Source of the DNA: Naegleria gruberi
Lineage: Eukaryota
Reading direction: 5' to 3' (one strand)
DNA length: 64,000 nucleotides
Assembly: GCA_000004985.1 (NCBI GenBank)
Contig: GG738924.1
Below the pieces are notes generated by a model. The model had not been told where the DNA came from. It ran no database searches and saw nothing but the letters and a program-made list of their open reading frames with translations. Every line of letters starts with the position of its first letter. Within the stretch, counting starts at the first letter, position 1. Position numbers and translations under genes: made by a program. Positions 1 to 9,450 of the stretch are shown here, piece after piece.

Positions 1-1152
1 AATGGTGAACTTTGAACGTTCGTCTACACTCTGAACAAAATTACCATCTCTATGAGGAACGAAACCAACACAAGGACCATTATAACGACAACATCTCATA
101 CAGTTATTGATTGAGGATGGATTCCATGTCCCTTCGTTATGCCAACCGAATGGTCGTTGCTGGCTCCATAACTTTTCATCTTTTTCAAATATTGGTCTTA
201 TTCTATTCCAAAGTAGATCAGCAAAATAAGGGAATATCAATAGAGATCTATCGTTATCTCTTTCATAGGAAAGAAATTCATGCTCTAATGTTCTGTATCC
301 TACCGTTTCAGTCTTTTCGATTATGGCACTGCATTCATCCTCAGTGAGGACATTATCAATGTAGAATGCAACTGGATCTCCAAATTGGCAACACTCTTTT
401 GGAAGTGGAATATCTACTCTGCTCAATGTATTTCCATCAACATTGGAAAATTTAATTCCCAAATCACCATCAATGTTGTGAAGCAAATTTTTAGTTCTGG
501 TAAATTTGTGTCTTGGAATTGGTGTTTGATGGAGTGAATATTTGACAACTTCTCTTGCTGTTTTCTCCTTGTAGTATTCTTCCATGATGGAAAATAATTC
601 TTTCAGAGAGTCAGTATTGATACTCGATAATGTTACACTGTTTGGTACATTTTCCTGGTAACACATATTGTGTGGACAGGATGAATCCAGCACTGTTGTC
701 TCATCATTGGAATTAAACATTTGTCGACAGATATCTTCAAATAATTGAGAACCCAATACAACAGCCATTGGAAACTTATTCATAAAATAGTTTCTTCCCT
801 TGAACAATCTTCTCAGAAATGAATCCAAAGCCTTGATCCGATCATTCCACAACTTGACCAACTGATCTACACTATTGACAATTTTCAAATCCTCCAACTG
901 ATGTAAAACTTTTAATATTTCCTCATGAATTAATTGATTCAATAATGTACAACTATCCCTTTCATCATCCATAATTGCATCATCATCAGTTTGCCCCATT
1001 GCACCAACAATAGGCTTGTCTTGAGTAAGTTCCATAACCTTGTTGTACATGACAATAAAATCCGTGTTGGAAACCTTCTTCCCATTCAACACGAGATTAT
1101 TCACAGATGGTGCGAAGAGTGTAATAAATTCCCTATGATCGGATGAAGACAT
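1..1152 (-). CDS. 2OG-Fe(II) oxygenase (prolyl-4-hydroxylase-like) domain protein, partial; the C-terminus runs off the left window edge. The ATG is at 1152 and 384 codons are open to position 1.
   Basis: I translated the minus strand chunk by chunk and found no stop from 1152 to 1. The C-terminal half has P4Hc-like motifs: IDNVLTEDECSAIIEKTE, FPYFADLLWNRIRPIF, and PHRDG (the H-x-D iron ligands). The ORF track omitted it because there is no stop in the window. Confidence 0.55.
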   Translation of the reverse strand, partial: MSSSDHREFITLFAPSVNNLVLNGKKVSNTDFIVMYNKVMELTQDKPIVGAMGQTDDDAIMDDERDSCTLLNQLIHEEILKVLHQLEDLKIVNSVDQLVKLWNDRIKALDSFLRRLFKGRNYFMNKFPMAVVLGSQLFEDICRQMFNSNDETTVLDSSCPHNMCYQENVPNSVTLSSINTDSLKELFSIMEEYYKEKTAREVVKYSLHQTPIPRHKFTRTKNLLHNIDGDLGIKFSNVDGNTLSRVDIPLPKECCQFGDPVAFYIDNVLTEDECSAIIEKTETVGYRTLEHEFLSYERDNDRSLLIFPYFADLLWNRIRPIFEKDEKLWSQQRPFGWHNEGTWNPSSINNCMRCCRYNGPCVGFVPHRDGNFVQSVDERSKFTI

Positions 1153-1233
1153 TTTTTTTATTATTTAAAAATTTTCTTAAATTTACTAGAAATTTTACTG
1201 AATTTACAATGATATTTATTAATTCCAAATAAT

Positions 1234-1929
1234 TTATGGATAGAGAGTTGTACTCTTCCAAGAATTATCTTGTTCTTTTTTATATTGAATTCTATTGGCA
1301 AGACGATGATCACCACTCTGCCAAAATTCAATACAATGAGCTCTTACTCTAACTCCTCCCCAATGCTTTGGTCTGACAGGTTCTTGAGCTGACAGTTTTT
1401 GTTCTTCAATGGCATTGAAAAATTCATTCAATAATTGTTCTCTTCCACCAACTAATTCTTGAGATTGTTGACTCACACTGGAGGCAATTCTCGATTCCAA
1501 TGGTCTTGAATTGAATATTTGATCAGATTCCTCATCAGAACAAAATTCAGCCACTCCCTCAATTCTCACTTGTTTAGAACTCATCACTGATCCATAACTC
1601 CAATAGAAATTTAAAGCAATTTTAGAATTTTCTGCAATTTCACTTCCCTTTCTCGAATTAAAATTCGTACAAAATATAAATTCCGATGTTTCCACATTAA
1701 AACTCTTAAGAAAAACATTTCTAGTGGATGGTTGCAATGTTTTTGGATTTACTGTAGCAACTGTCATGGTGGCTGGCTCGGCAGGAAGTAAAAGTTCTGG
1801 AATTTCCTTTTGGAGAGGAATAATTTTCTCTACAGATTTTTCATAATTTGAACAAGCTTCCAAATACCAATCGGAAAAGATTTTCATTGGTGATGGAAAT
1901 GTCATGTTATTGTTTCCTTCTTGTTGCAT
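1234..1929 (-). CDS. PNPO: Pyridoxamine 5'-phosphate oxidase (PNPO/PdxH family), single exon
   Basis: 231-aa ORF with hallmark PNPO motifs: ATVNPKTLQPSTRNVFLKSF, FCTNFNSRKG, QVRIEGVAEF, and the C-terminal HWGGVRVRAHCIEFWQSGDHRLANRIQY. The ATG at 1929 was checked. Confidence 0.85.
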   Translation of the reverse strand: MQQEGNNNMTFPSPMKIFSDWYLEACSNYEKSVEKIIPLQKEIPELLLPAEPATMTVATVNPKTLQPSTRNVFLKSFNVETSEFIFCTNFNSRKGSEIAENSKIALNFYWSYGSVMSSKQVRIEGVAEFCSDEESDQIFNSRPLESRIASSVSQQSQELVGGREQLLNEFFNAIEEQKLSAQEPVRPKHWGGVRVRAHCIEFWQSGDHRLANRIQYKKEQDNSWKSTTLYP

Positions 1930-2017
1930 TTTTTTAATAATTATTTGAAAAATTAAATAGTAAATTCAAGTTATTTAAATTTAATATTATAATAATATTA
2001 ATAAATATAGAGATAAA

Positions 2018-2575
2018 TTAAATAATATCAAATGTTTTCAGTGATCTACTATATCGGAGATTATCCTCATCACTTGAACTCCTTTCCGTTACCAAATTGT
2101 CATCCGAATTTTTCACATCTCCCAACACATTAATCCGATCTCCCCTCGAATTCACCACAAATCCCTCATCATTCACAGAATACTTTCCCCTCCATAATCT
2201 CCATCCAACAATCAAGGTAACAATACCAATTCCCAAAAAGAGAATTGAAATTGCAACGAGCAAGGCGTAAATTCCATTTTCAAGATCTGGAAAATCAAAG
2301 AGTGAATCACAAATTGCAAAAGTGATGGTCATACTGATGAGAATGAATGCTAGGAGGAAGGAGATGGCGGTAACTGAGACGATGGTGAGGATGAATTTAG
2401 TTTTCGGGGTGAAGAATGAATTGGAGGGTTTAGAATGGATTTGAGTAGTTTCGGCAGTGCATGTTTCAGTTGGAATGTGTTGTTGGGAGGTTGTATCGAG
2501 TGATGCAGAAGTGTTTGTGGGATCTATTGAAGGTCTTTCAGTTGTACTTTGATTGGTGTCAGTCGTTATCGTCAT
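2018..2575 (-). CDS. Hypothetical small membrane protein (paralog 1 of a tandem pair). It has an S/T/Q-rich N-terminus and TM helices.
   Basis: 185-aa ORF starting at a true ATG. Its C-terminus (WRGKYSVNDEGFVVNSRGDRINVLGDV) is homologous to the neighbouring ORF 2707-3237. Confidence 0.5.
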   Translation of the reverse strand: MTITTDTNQSTTERPSIDPTNTSASLDTTSQQHIPTETCTAETTQIHSKPSNSFFTPKTKFILTIVSVTAISFLLAFILISMTITFAICDSLFDFPDLENGIYALLVAISILFLGIGIVTLIVGWRLWRGKYSVNDEGFVVNSRGDRINVLGDVKNSDDNLVTERSSSDEDNLRYSRSLKTFDII

Positions 2576-2706
2576 GCTTTTTTTTTAGTGTGATTCTTCA
2601 CGAATCCTAGTACAATCCACATATAGTAGTGTAAAGTGCTACTAATAAGGATTGTACTTTATTGATGAACTAACAAGAAGTTTGTATTTGATTACAAGAA
2701 TTGATT

Positions 2707-3237
2707 TCAAATGATCATTGAATTGTTTAATTTTACATTAATATCAGTAACTTCTCCCAAATAATTAATTGGTTCACCTGTCGAGTTTACAACTGTCCCT
2801 TCTGAATTCACTGCAAACTTTCCTCTCCACATTTTAATCCCAACCAAAGTAGTAACCAATCCAACAGCAAGAAAGAAGGCAGATATGGAAATCATTAAAG
2901 CATAAATTTCACCATGCGCTTGAGCATAATCAAGAGAATGCATAACTGCAACAATGACAGTTGAAATTAATAAAGAAATTCCTATGAAACATGAAGTACA
3001 CGTTGTGATTATGATAATTAGTGAGAAACGAGTTTTGGAATTGCAACACGAGGAAGTATTTGGGGCGGTGGTTGTAGTTTGGTCAATTTGTATTGGGATA
3101 ATTTCTTGTTGTGGTTGATTGTGATTTGCTTCTTTTTCTTGATGCTTTACCTCCTGATAGGTAACAGCTGTTGTGAGTTGTGGTGGCGTCGCTGGACATG
3201 GTATTATTGTTGATGAAATAGCACTGTCAGTAGTCAT
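2707..3237 (-). CDS. Hypothetical small membrane protein (paralog 2 of the tandem pair)
   Basis: 176 aa. It shares a hydrophobic core and the C-terminal motif MWRGKFAVNSEGTVVNSTGEPINYLGEV with ORF 2018-2575. Confidence 0.5.
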   Translation of the reverse strand: MTTDSAISSTIIPCPATPPQLTTAVTYQEVKHQEKEANHNQPQQEIIPIQIDQTTTTAPNTSSCCNSKTRFSLIIIITTCTSCFIGISLLISTVIVAVMHSLDYAQAHGEIYALMISISAFFLAVGLVTTLVGIKMWRGKFAVNSEGTVVNSTGEPINYLGEVTDINVKLNNSMII

Positions 3238-3707
3238 GACTATTTTTTTTTATAATCTTTTCCTCTTGCAAATTTGGAAATTATAATAGCGAGAGTACCA
3301 AAATGTTCATTGGTTCATGAAATGTGTGATTCACTGTTCTCAATATCCACAATCCTCAATAAATACATATTAATTCGAATAATAAAATCTGTTTCGTTAC
3401 ATTAAAAATTTAATTGAAAAAGTTAAAGTTATGGGAAATATTAATGAAAGTTGTTATCAATAGGTTTCGTCTTGAAATATGGTCCACTGTTCGAATTTAA
3501 ATCCAACTTGTTGATGCTCCCAATTATCTGGACCAACCTTACGAACAATTCTTGAACCTGAACAATAAAGAACATCATTGGGCGATGTTTGTTTTCTATT
3601 GTTCACAAAAGAGGTGTCATGCATTTGATGTGAACTATTTAAATACCTGTCATGTTTGACAGGAACAAAACAACATCAAAAAAATATCTCAAAATCAGAA
3701 CAACAAC

Positions 3708-4772
3708 ATGCCATTCAAAATATTCGATACTTTAGAAGTTACCATTAAAAACGGTGTTGATCTTGAAGCCGCTGACTTTAATGGCTTCAGTGATCCATAG
3801 TATGTTGTGTTAAATATTTAAAATATTGTAACGATCGATTTAGTGTCATTGTTCAAACTAAAGCTCTTGTAGATGAAAAGCTTCCTTCCTATTTGAAAGA
3901 AGCAGCCAAGGGATGGAAGCAAAAAACCTCCATCAAGAAGAAGGATTTAAATCCAACCTGGAATGAAACCAAAACTTTCCACAGTGTTTACTGTCTTGAT
4001 AAAGGTGAAGGAATTAAAGTACTTTTCAAGGTTTTTGATTGGGATATGCTCTCAAGAGATGTAAGTATTGATTGATCAAAAATGAATGTTGATTAATAAC
4101 GGTTTCGAATAATAATAGGATGCTATTGGAAAGGCAGAAATTGTTATCAATTTTGACAAGCTTGAACACAATAAGGAATATTCTGAGACTCTCAAATTAA
4201 CAGATTGTAAATCTGGTAGCTTGAACATTACCTATAAGGTTGTTAACTTTAATCAATGTAGAGTTGAATCTGGTTATCAATATCACAACTTGTTCACTCC
4301 ACCAGTTGCTGAACTTTGTGCTCCAAAAGACTTTTCTCTACTCAGTTCTAGCTCTGTTGGTGTTGCTAGTGTTGCAATCTTTGCCAACATGAAGAAGGGT
4401 TACGTTCTCTTGTCAACTCTCACCAAATTAGAATCAGGTGATTTAGATTTTGCTGCCATTGCCAAGAATATGAGTGAAGATCGTTTCCGTGAAATGAGAA
4501 AGGAATATTCCAAGGTTGATATCAAATCACGTGATGAGAATGTCAACCCAGATCCTCATTGCAAGAATAAGTTCATTACCCACATTTTGGAATTTGTTTT
4601 GAATGTTGAAAAGAAGGGATTGAAGATGATTGGTACTTTGAGAATTGTTGGACATTCTAATGGATATTTGGGTATTTATGTTTATATGGAACCACAAGAA
4701 AGCTTGTACTCTAGTGGTTCAGGTCAAACTGAATTGGCTAGAATATCCGAGAGTACTATCTTTTTGAATTAA
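3708..4772 (+). CDS. C2-domain protein, three exons (3708-3799, 3844-4060, 4119-4772)
   Basis: Exon 1 encodes MPFKIFDTLEVTIKNGVDLEAADFNGFSDPY, the start of a C2 domain. Intron 1 runs GTATGT to TTTAG (44 nt). Exon 2 continues VIVQTKALVDEKL...KKKDLNPTWNETKTF...FDWDMLSRD. Intron 2 runs GTAAGT to AATAG (58 nt). Exon 3 begins DAIGKAEIVINF. Phases were checked by hand. Confidence 0.65.
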
Positions 4773-4834
4773 TAAATTAATAGAAAATAATTGGTTCATT
4801 GCAGCAAGATTCTAAGGTTATTAAGGAAAACACT

Positions 4835-4925
4835 GGTGAGATGGTCGAGTGGTCTAAGACGACACGTTAAGGTATGATTAATACCGTGTTCCGCAAGGGC
4901 GTGGGTTCAAATCCCACTCTCATCA
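4835..4925 (+). tRNA. tRNA-Leu(AAG) with an 11-nt intron 3' of position 37
   Basis: Acceptor stem GGTGAGA/TCTCATC, D-arm GTC-GAGTGGTCTAA-GAC, and anticodon stem ACACG/CGTGT. The loop reads TTAAGG[intron TATGATTAATA]C. It has a long variable arm TCCGCAAGGGCGT (class II) and T-arm GTGGG-TTCAAAT-CCCAC. Confidence 0.8.
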
Positions 4926-4989
4926 AATTTTGCTTTAGGAATTGATTGGAAACTAATAAGGCTCTTGATATTTAATTAAATTTCGTTAA

Positions 4990-5001
4990 TTAAGGCAAGA
5001 A
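4990..5001 (+). promoter_or_regulatory. Conserved ATTAAGG(C/A)AAGAA element immediately 5' of tRNA-Ala. The same motif precedes the other tRNAs at 4821-4830, 6298-6309 and 7284-7295.
   Basis: All four tRNA genes, including the unrelated tRNA-Leu, are preceded within 1-5 nt by TTAAGG(A/C)AA(A/G)AA. Confidence 0.35.
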
Positions 5002-5007
5002 GGGGTT

Positions 5008-5038
<31 letters not shown>

Positions 5039-5074
5039 TGCAGAAGGTCTAGGGTTCGATTCCCTATGACTCCA
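5002..5074 (+). tRNA. tRNA-Ala(UGC)
   Basis: GGGGTTATAGCTCAGTTGGTAGAGCGTCTGCTTTGCATGCAGAAGGTCTAGGGTTCGATTCCCTATGACTCCA. It forms a cloverleaf with anticodon TGC and the G3:U70 alanine identity pair. A T-run lies downstream. Confidence 0.9.
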
Positions 5075-5496
5075 ATTTTACCCCATTCGTTGTTTTTATT
5101 GGCCAAATATGTATTATTATATTACTTATCGATTTCATACCCAATACTCTATTATTTCGATGGTTTGAGTGTCAAATCCAACCACTATGAATACTGAGAG
5201 TTGATCTTGGAGTTTTTGGAATTGTTGGAGATGACAACCTTGAACTTTTAAAAAGAAGTGAAAAGACTTGATATTGAAATATAAACATTGAATAGTTTAT
5301 TAACCACTTTTAGATTGTTATGAATTCAAAGTCAATCTATCGCTCATTTTTTTGTATACAAACATTGTAAACTCTGATTTCGATTACTTTCAACAATGAG
5401 TAATTATATTATTAGAAACGTGATTACTAAAAACAATTCAAAAAGCACGTTTCAGAAATTCCCAACAAGAAACAACTTTAAAACAAACAATTCTAA

Positions 5497-5859
5497 ATGG
5501 CAATCACCAGAATCACAGAAATTTGGGTCGTTTCCTACACTATCCAACACAGAAAAACAGAAGTTTCATCCTGTTGCGTTCTAATCCTCTGGATCATCCT
5601 TACATGCATTTCCATTCAAGCAATCTACACTGCATGCGATCAAATTCAAAACAATCCTAAAGATAAAACATTTGGTGATCCAGTTACTGCTATAATCATC
5701 TGGTCAGGGATCTTGGCAATGTTGACATGTTGTTGCTGTTCATGTTGTTGTGGGGTGGTTTGGAAATGTATTAGAAATCCAGTTTCTAATAATTTGCGTA
5801 AAAATAATGGTATGGATGAGAATGCCAACAGTGGATATTATCAGAGTGCTGAATGTTGA
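5497..5859 (+). CDS. Hypothetical small membrane protein with a CCCCSCCC cysteine cluster (possible palmitoylation cluster)
   Basis: 120-aa ORF from a true ATG with two hydrophobic segments. I did not recognise any homology. Confidence 0.35.
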   Translation: MAITRITEIWVVSYTIQHRKTEVSSCCVLILWIILTCISIQAIYTACDQIQNNPKDKTFGDPVTAIIIWSGILAMLTCCCCSCCCGVVWKCIRNPVSNNLRKNNGMDENANSGYYQSAEC

Positions 5860-6309
5860 AGAGGGAAGTTTCGAATGAAAATTGTAAATATACTGTATTC
5901 CAAAAACTAATAAATAAAATTCTAATAAAATAGATCAATTCATAACTGAGGAGTGTTCTACTCATTGGCGAATATTACAAGTTTCCACAATGAAAGAATA
6001 AAAGTTCTTAAAACTAAAAACTTTGCCAAAAATAAATTATAAATTGTTAATATTTCTTCATTCTCATCAAATACTTTTTCAAGATGATCCTCCTTATCAG
6101 CTTTGGAATTTCCTTTAATGAGAGGAAGAACAACTGTTTTCAATGAAGCCGTTCCAGAAATTTTTTGGTTGATGGGCACTCAATATGATCTAATGGTAAC
6201 ATGTATTGTTTTGGAGCATTTTTCTTTCTTTTAGTATTCTACTTGCAATACTTGCAAGAAGACTAAGGCTATAAATGAACTCATTTATAAATCCTAATTA
6301 AGGAAAGAA

Positions 6310-6315
6310 GGGGTT

Positions 6316-6346
<31 letters not shown>

Positions 6347-6382
6347 TGCAGAAGGTCTAGGGTTCGATTCCCTATGACTCCA
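6310..6382 (+). tRNA. tRNA-Ala(UGC), copy 2
   Basis: Identical 73-nt sequence to 5002-5074. Confidence 0.9.
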
Positions 6383-6514
6383 ATTTTGGTCCCATTAGTT
6401 ATTTTTTATTGAGGCATGCAAGAAGAACATATGGGAAGCGTAATTGGATTGTGGGCTGATTTCACAATCTTAAAAAATCCACAACACAACTGACTCAACA
6501 CTTCACAGGATACA

Positions 6515-7243
6515 ATGAATGGATCTCTCATCAGTAACACCCAGACAATAAAATCCTCCTCTCAATACGCAACACCAAAGAAGATATCCAAAGACACTGA
6601 AGTAAAATGTGAGTTACTGTTTTTATTACCAAATCTTATTCAATGATCTTCTTTTCGGTATTCAATCGTTATTATCTTTGTTCATCACACTTCTAAATTA
6701 CTATTATGAACAGTCTGTAAAGGATACATGAACAAGTTGGGAGCCATTGATACTTGTACAGCAAATATTGGAGGAAATATCATGGTTAGGCAAATTCAGA
6801 AACATCACACTCTCAATCTGATGGCTGTGACAAAAACCGTCGATACTTCTCCGCCTTGGTCATATAGACAGCATCAGTCACCCAAAACCAATACCATTCA
6901 GCAAGTAAATATGATGAGAGCCTCCTTAAATACTACAAGTCCACTAGCAAAGCAAAAATCGTCTAGCAATTTTGAAAAGCTGGATTTAAAGTAGGTTTTC
7001 CAATTGAATCTTATCTCATACTGTTATTTATTGATCAATAGTAAGGAAAATATGATTGATATTGAACAGGAGTTGGACGAACATGATCAGATCATTTACA
7101 AAAACTTTATGGAAATGTTGTCAAAGAGAAAATGTTTTGCAGATGCTCAAATATTGGCAACAATTGCATTGGGAAAGGTTGAAGAAGAATGGGCAGAAAA
7201 ACAACAAATTCCACCATCACAACATGAAGAAATAAATTCGTAA
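6515..7243 (+). CDS. Hypothetical protein, three exons (6515-6608, 6714-6990, 7042-7243). It is paralog 1 of a tRNA-Ala-linked tandem gene pair.
   Basis: Exon 1 encodes MNGSLISNTQ...DTEVK and ends in phase 1 at a GTGAGT donor. The acceptor is GAACAG. Exon 2 encodes (F)CKGYMNKLGAIDTCTANIGG...KLDL, then a GTAGGT donor and CAATAG acceptor. Exon 3 begins NKENMIDIEQELDEHDQIIYKNF. The same exon structure and sequence similarity recur at 7646-9014. Confidence 0.5.
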
Positions 7244-7295
7244 ACTCTAAGATGGTTAATGCATATATTGATCGATTTTAATATTAAGGCAAGAA

Positions 7296-7301
7296 GGGGT
7301 T

Positions 7302-7332
<31 letters not shown>

Positions 7333-7368
7333 TGCAGAAGGTCTAGGGTTCGATTCCCTATGACTCCA
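7296..7368 (+). tRNA. tRNA-Ala(UGC), copy 3
   Basis: Identical 73-nt sequence to 5002-5074. Confidence 0.9.
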
Positions 7369-7645
7369 ATTTTTTTGTTCCGTGAGTACACTCGAATTGT
7401 ATTCTTAATTAACTCTCTTATTCTGAAATAACATTTCAACAATGGTAATGCTTTCTACGTCAATCCAAGGCATTGAGATTTTGTTAAAAGAGAGACGCGA
7501 ACAGTTGATTTAATGGTAATAATCGATTCAGTGGAGAAAGACATTCCAAACATAACGGAAAAAGTTTACGATTTTGTAGTTGGTAGTTTTAAGGGCAACA
7601 ACGATAAAACAGGAGATAGAGAAAATAAAATACAAATAGAAACAA

Positions 7646-9014
7646 ATGAATGGAACCACTACCTCACAGAGTACAAGAAATAACAACAGCAACAACAACA
7701 ACAACAATAACAAGAATAAGAACAATGAGGTTAAAGGTAAGGAAAATGAAGCATATTCATCCCATTAATTTATAAATTGATTTTGTTATTTCAAATAATA
7801 CAAATTTGAAAATATATTGTTTTACGTCATCTCTATGAAATTATTGATTGTTATCCTAATAATACAATATAAAGTATGTCGGAGCTATATGAATAAATTG
7901 GGAACAATTGATGCTTGTACAGCAAACATTGGAGGTAGTATTATGATCGATCAAATCAAGAAGAACCACACTGTAAATATGATGTCCATGAAGAAACGTG
8001 TGGATAATGAATTACCTTGGTCTTATAGGAATGTACCAGCTAATTTCAATTTAAATCGTAGAGTGAGTCCTCTGAAGAAACCAAAAACACTCTCACCAAT
8101 TAATACCAAAGACAATAGAATGGCCACTTTATCAAGCACTCAACAACATCGAGGAGCACACACTGAAAGAGGAGGCTCTAAGAGTAAATTAGATCTGTCG
8201 TAAGTTTCATAATGCTTTGATGGTTTGCTCAATATAATTTCCTTAAACATCATTTGCTGATATTACATGATAATACTATTATAATTTCAATTTACATTGT
8301 TATCAACAAATAATTATTTAAATATAATTTAACAGAAAGGACAATAAGATTGACCCTGTTCAAATATTGGAAGAACCAGAAGATCAGGAAATTTACGAAA
8401 AATTCCTCGATTTACTGAGGAGGAGAAAGACCATTGAGGAGGCTAGAAAGATAGCTTCCTCTGTCTTTTTGGAAGCCGAAGAGCAAATGCTCTTAGGAGC
8501 TTACAGTGGAGTACCTCAATATGTTGAAGGATTTATAAGTAAGGATGACGAACATCAAACCCCTAATGAAGATCTTGAAGAAGATAGAACCCTAGAGAAC
8601 CATGCACAAGAATCAGAAGCTAAGGAAGAAGAATTAAATGAAGGCCAGTACGAAACATCATTTGCAACACTGGAAGAACACGAAGAGAGTATCTCCAATC
8701 CATATGAAGACAACTCTAATCCATACGATGAAGATAACACAATTGAGGAAGGTAAACCTGAGGTGACTGGAAAGTATAAGGAAAAGTCTGGAAAGATTTG
8801 GGTTGTCACAGCTTCCACTGCATCAGCATTTGAGTTGTTCAATGAGAAGGATGGAAGAAAGGCTGAAGGTAAATATATTAAGGATTCCTCAGGAAATTAT
8901 TCCATCACTTTTACTTTCCATGATCCTAATGGTGATGCTGTTTTAACCTCTGTGACATCGAACCTTAACACGATTCCTCTCAGTAATGGAGATGCCTTCA
9001 CAAAAGTTGAATAA
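7646..9014 (+). CDS. Hypothetical protein, three exons (7646-7736, 7875-8199, 8336-9014), paralog 2 of the tandem pair
   Basis: Exon 1 encodes MNGTTTSQSTRNNNSNNNNNNNKNKNNEVK, with a coding (CAA)n/poly-Asn stretch, and ends at a GTAAGG donor. Exon 2 encodes (V)CRSYMNKLGTIDACTANIGG...KLDL and ends at a GTAAGT donor. Exon 3 begins (S)KDNKIDPVQILEEPEDQEIYEKFLDLL. It is collinear with 6515-7243. Confidence 0.5.
7684..7712 (+). repeat. (CAA)n trinucleotide microsatellite, coding for poly-Asn inside exon 1 of gene 7646-9014
   Basis: The run is aacaacagcaacaacaacaacaacaataac. The antisense poly-Leu ORF 7528-7725 in the track is an artefact of this repeat. Confidence 0.7.
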
Positions 9015-9450
9015 AGAAGAGGAGCAAATCAATAGAATAAATTGTACATATTCGATAAACAGTCAGCATTATGTTATAATAACATGAAACACTTCAAATA
9101 ATCCTTTTTTGGAGACAGTATGAATCAAGGACCTCTTCCTTAATAATCCTTATTGAACTTCCACATAACAGAACCTGTAAGTATTGATTTGGTCAAACCG
9201 TACACCTAAAGTTAATAACAAACATTAAGAACAACAACCAACACACCCAACAACACTAGTTTACCATCAAATCGCTTCACAATAACCGTCAACTTCATCA
9301 ACAATTTGGTATCTCTATTAGGAGAGAAAACAACCCCAAATCCCTCTAAATTACATTCTTTCATAAACTGTACAGCAACACTTTTTCAATAGGCCCATTC
9401 CAAAGTTTCCATTTCCGTCCACCAGAACAGAACAACACCAACAAAAGAAA

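Noticed and set aside
111-347. Plus-strand 78-aa ORF
   Set aside because: It lies antisense within the well-supported minus-strand 2OG-oxygenase gene (1-1152).
7528-7725. Poly-Leu ORF on the minus strand
   Set aside because: It is the antisense reading of the coding (CAA)n microsatellite in exon 1 of gene 7646-9014.
8555-8842. Minus-strand 95-aa ORF
   Set aside because: It is antisense to exon 3 of gene 7646-9014 and Ser/Leu-rich from the GAA/GAT-rich sense strand.
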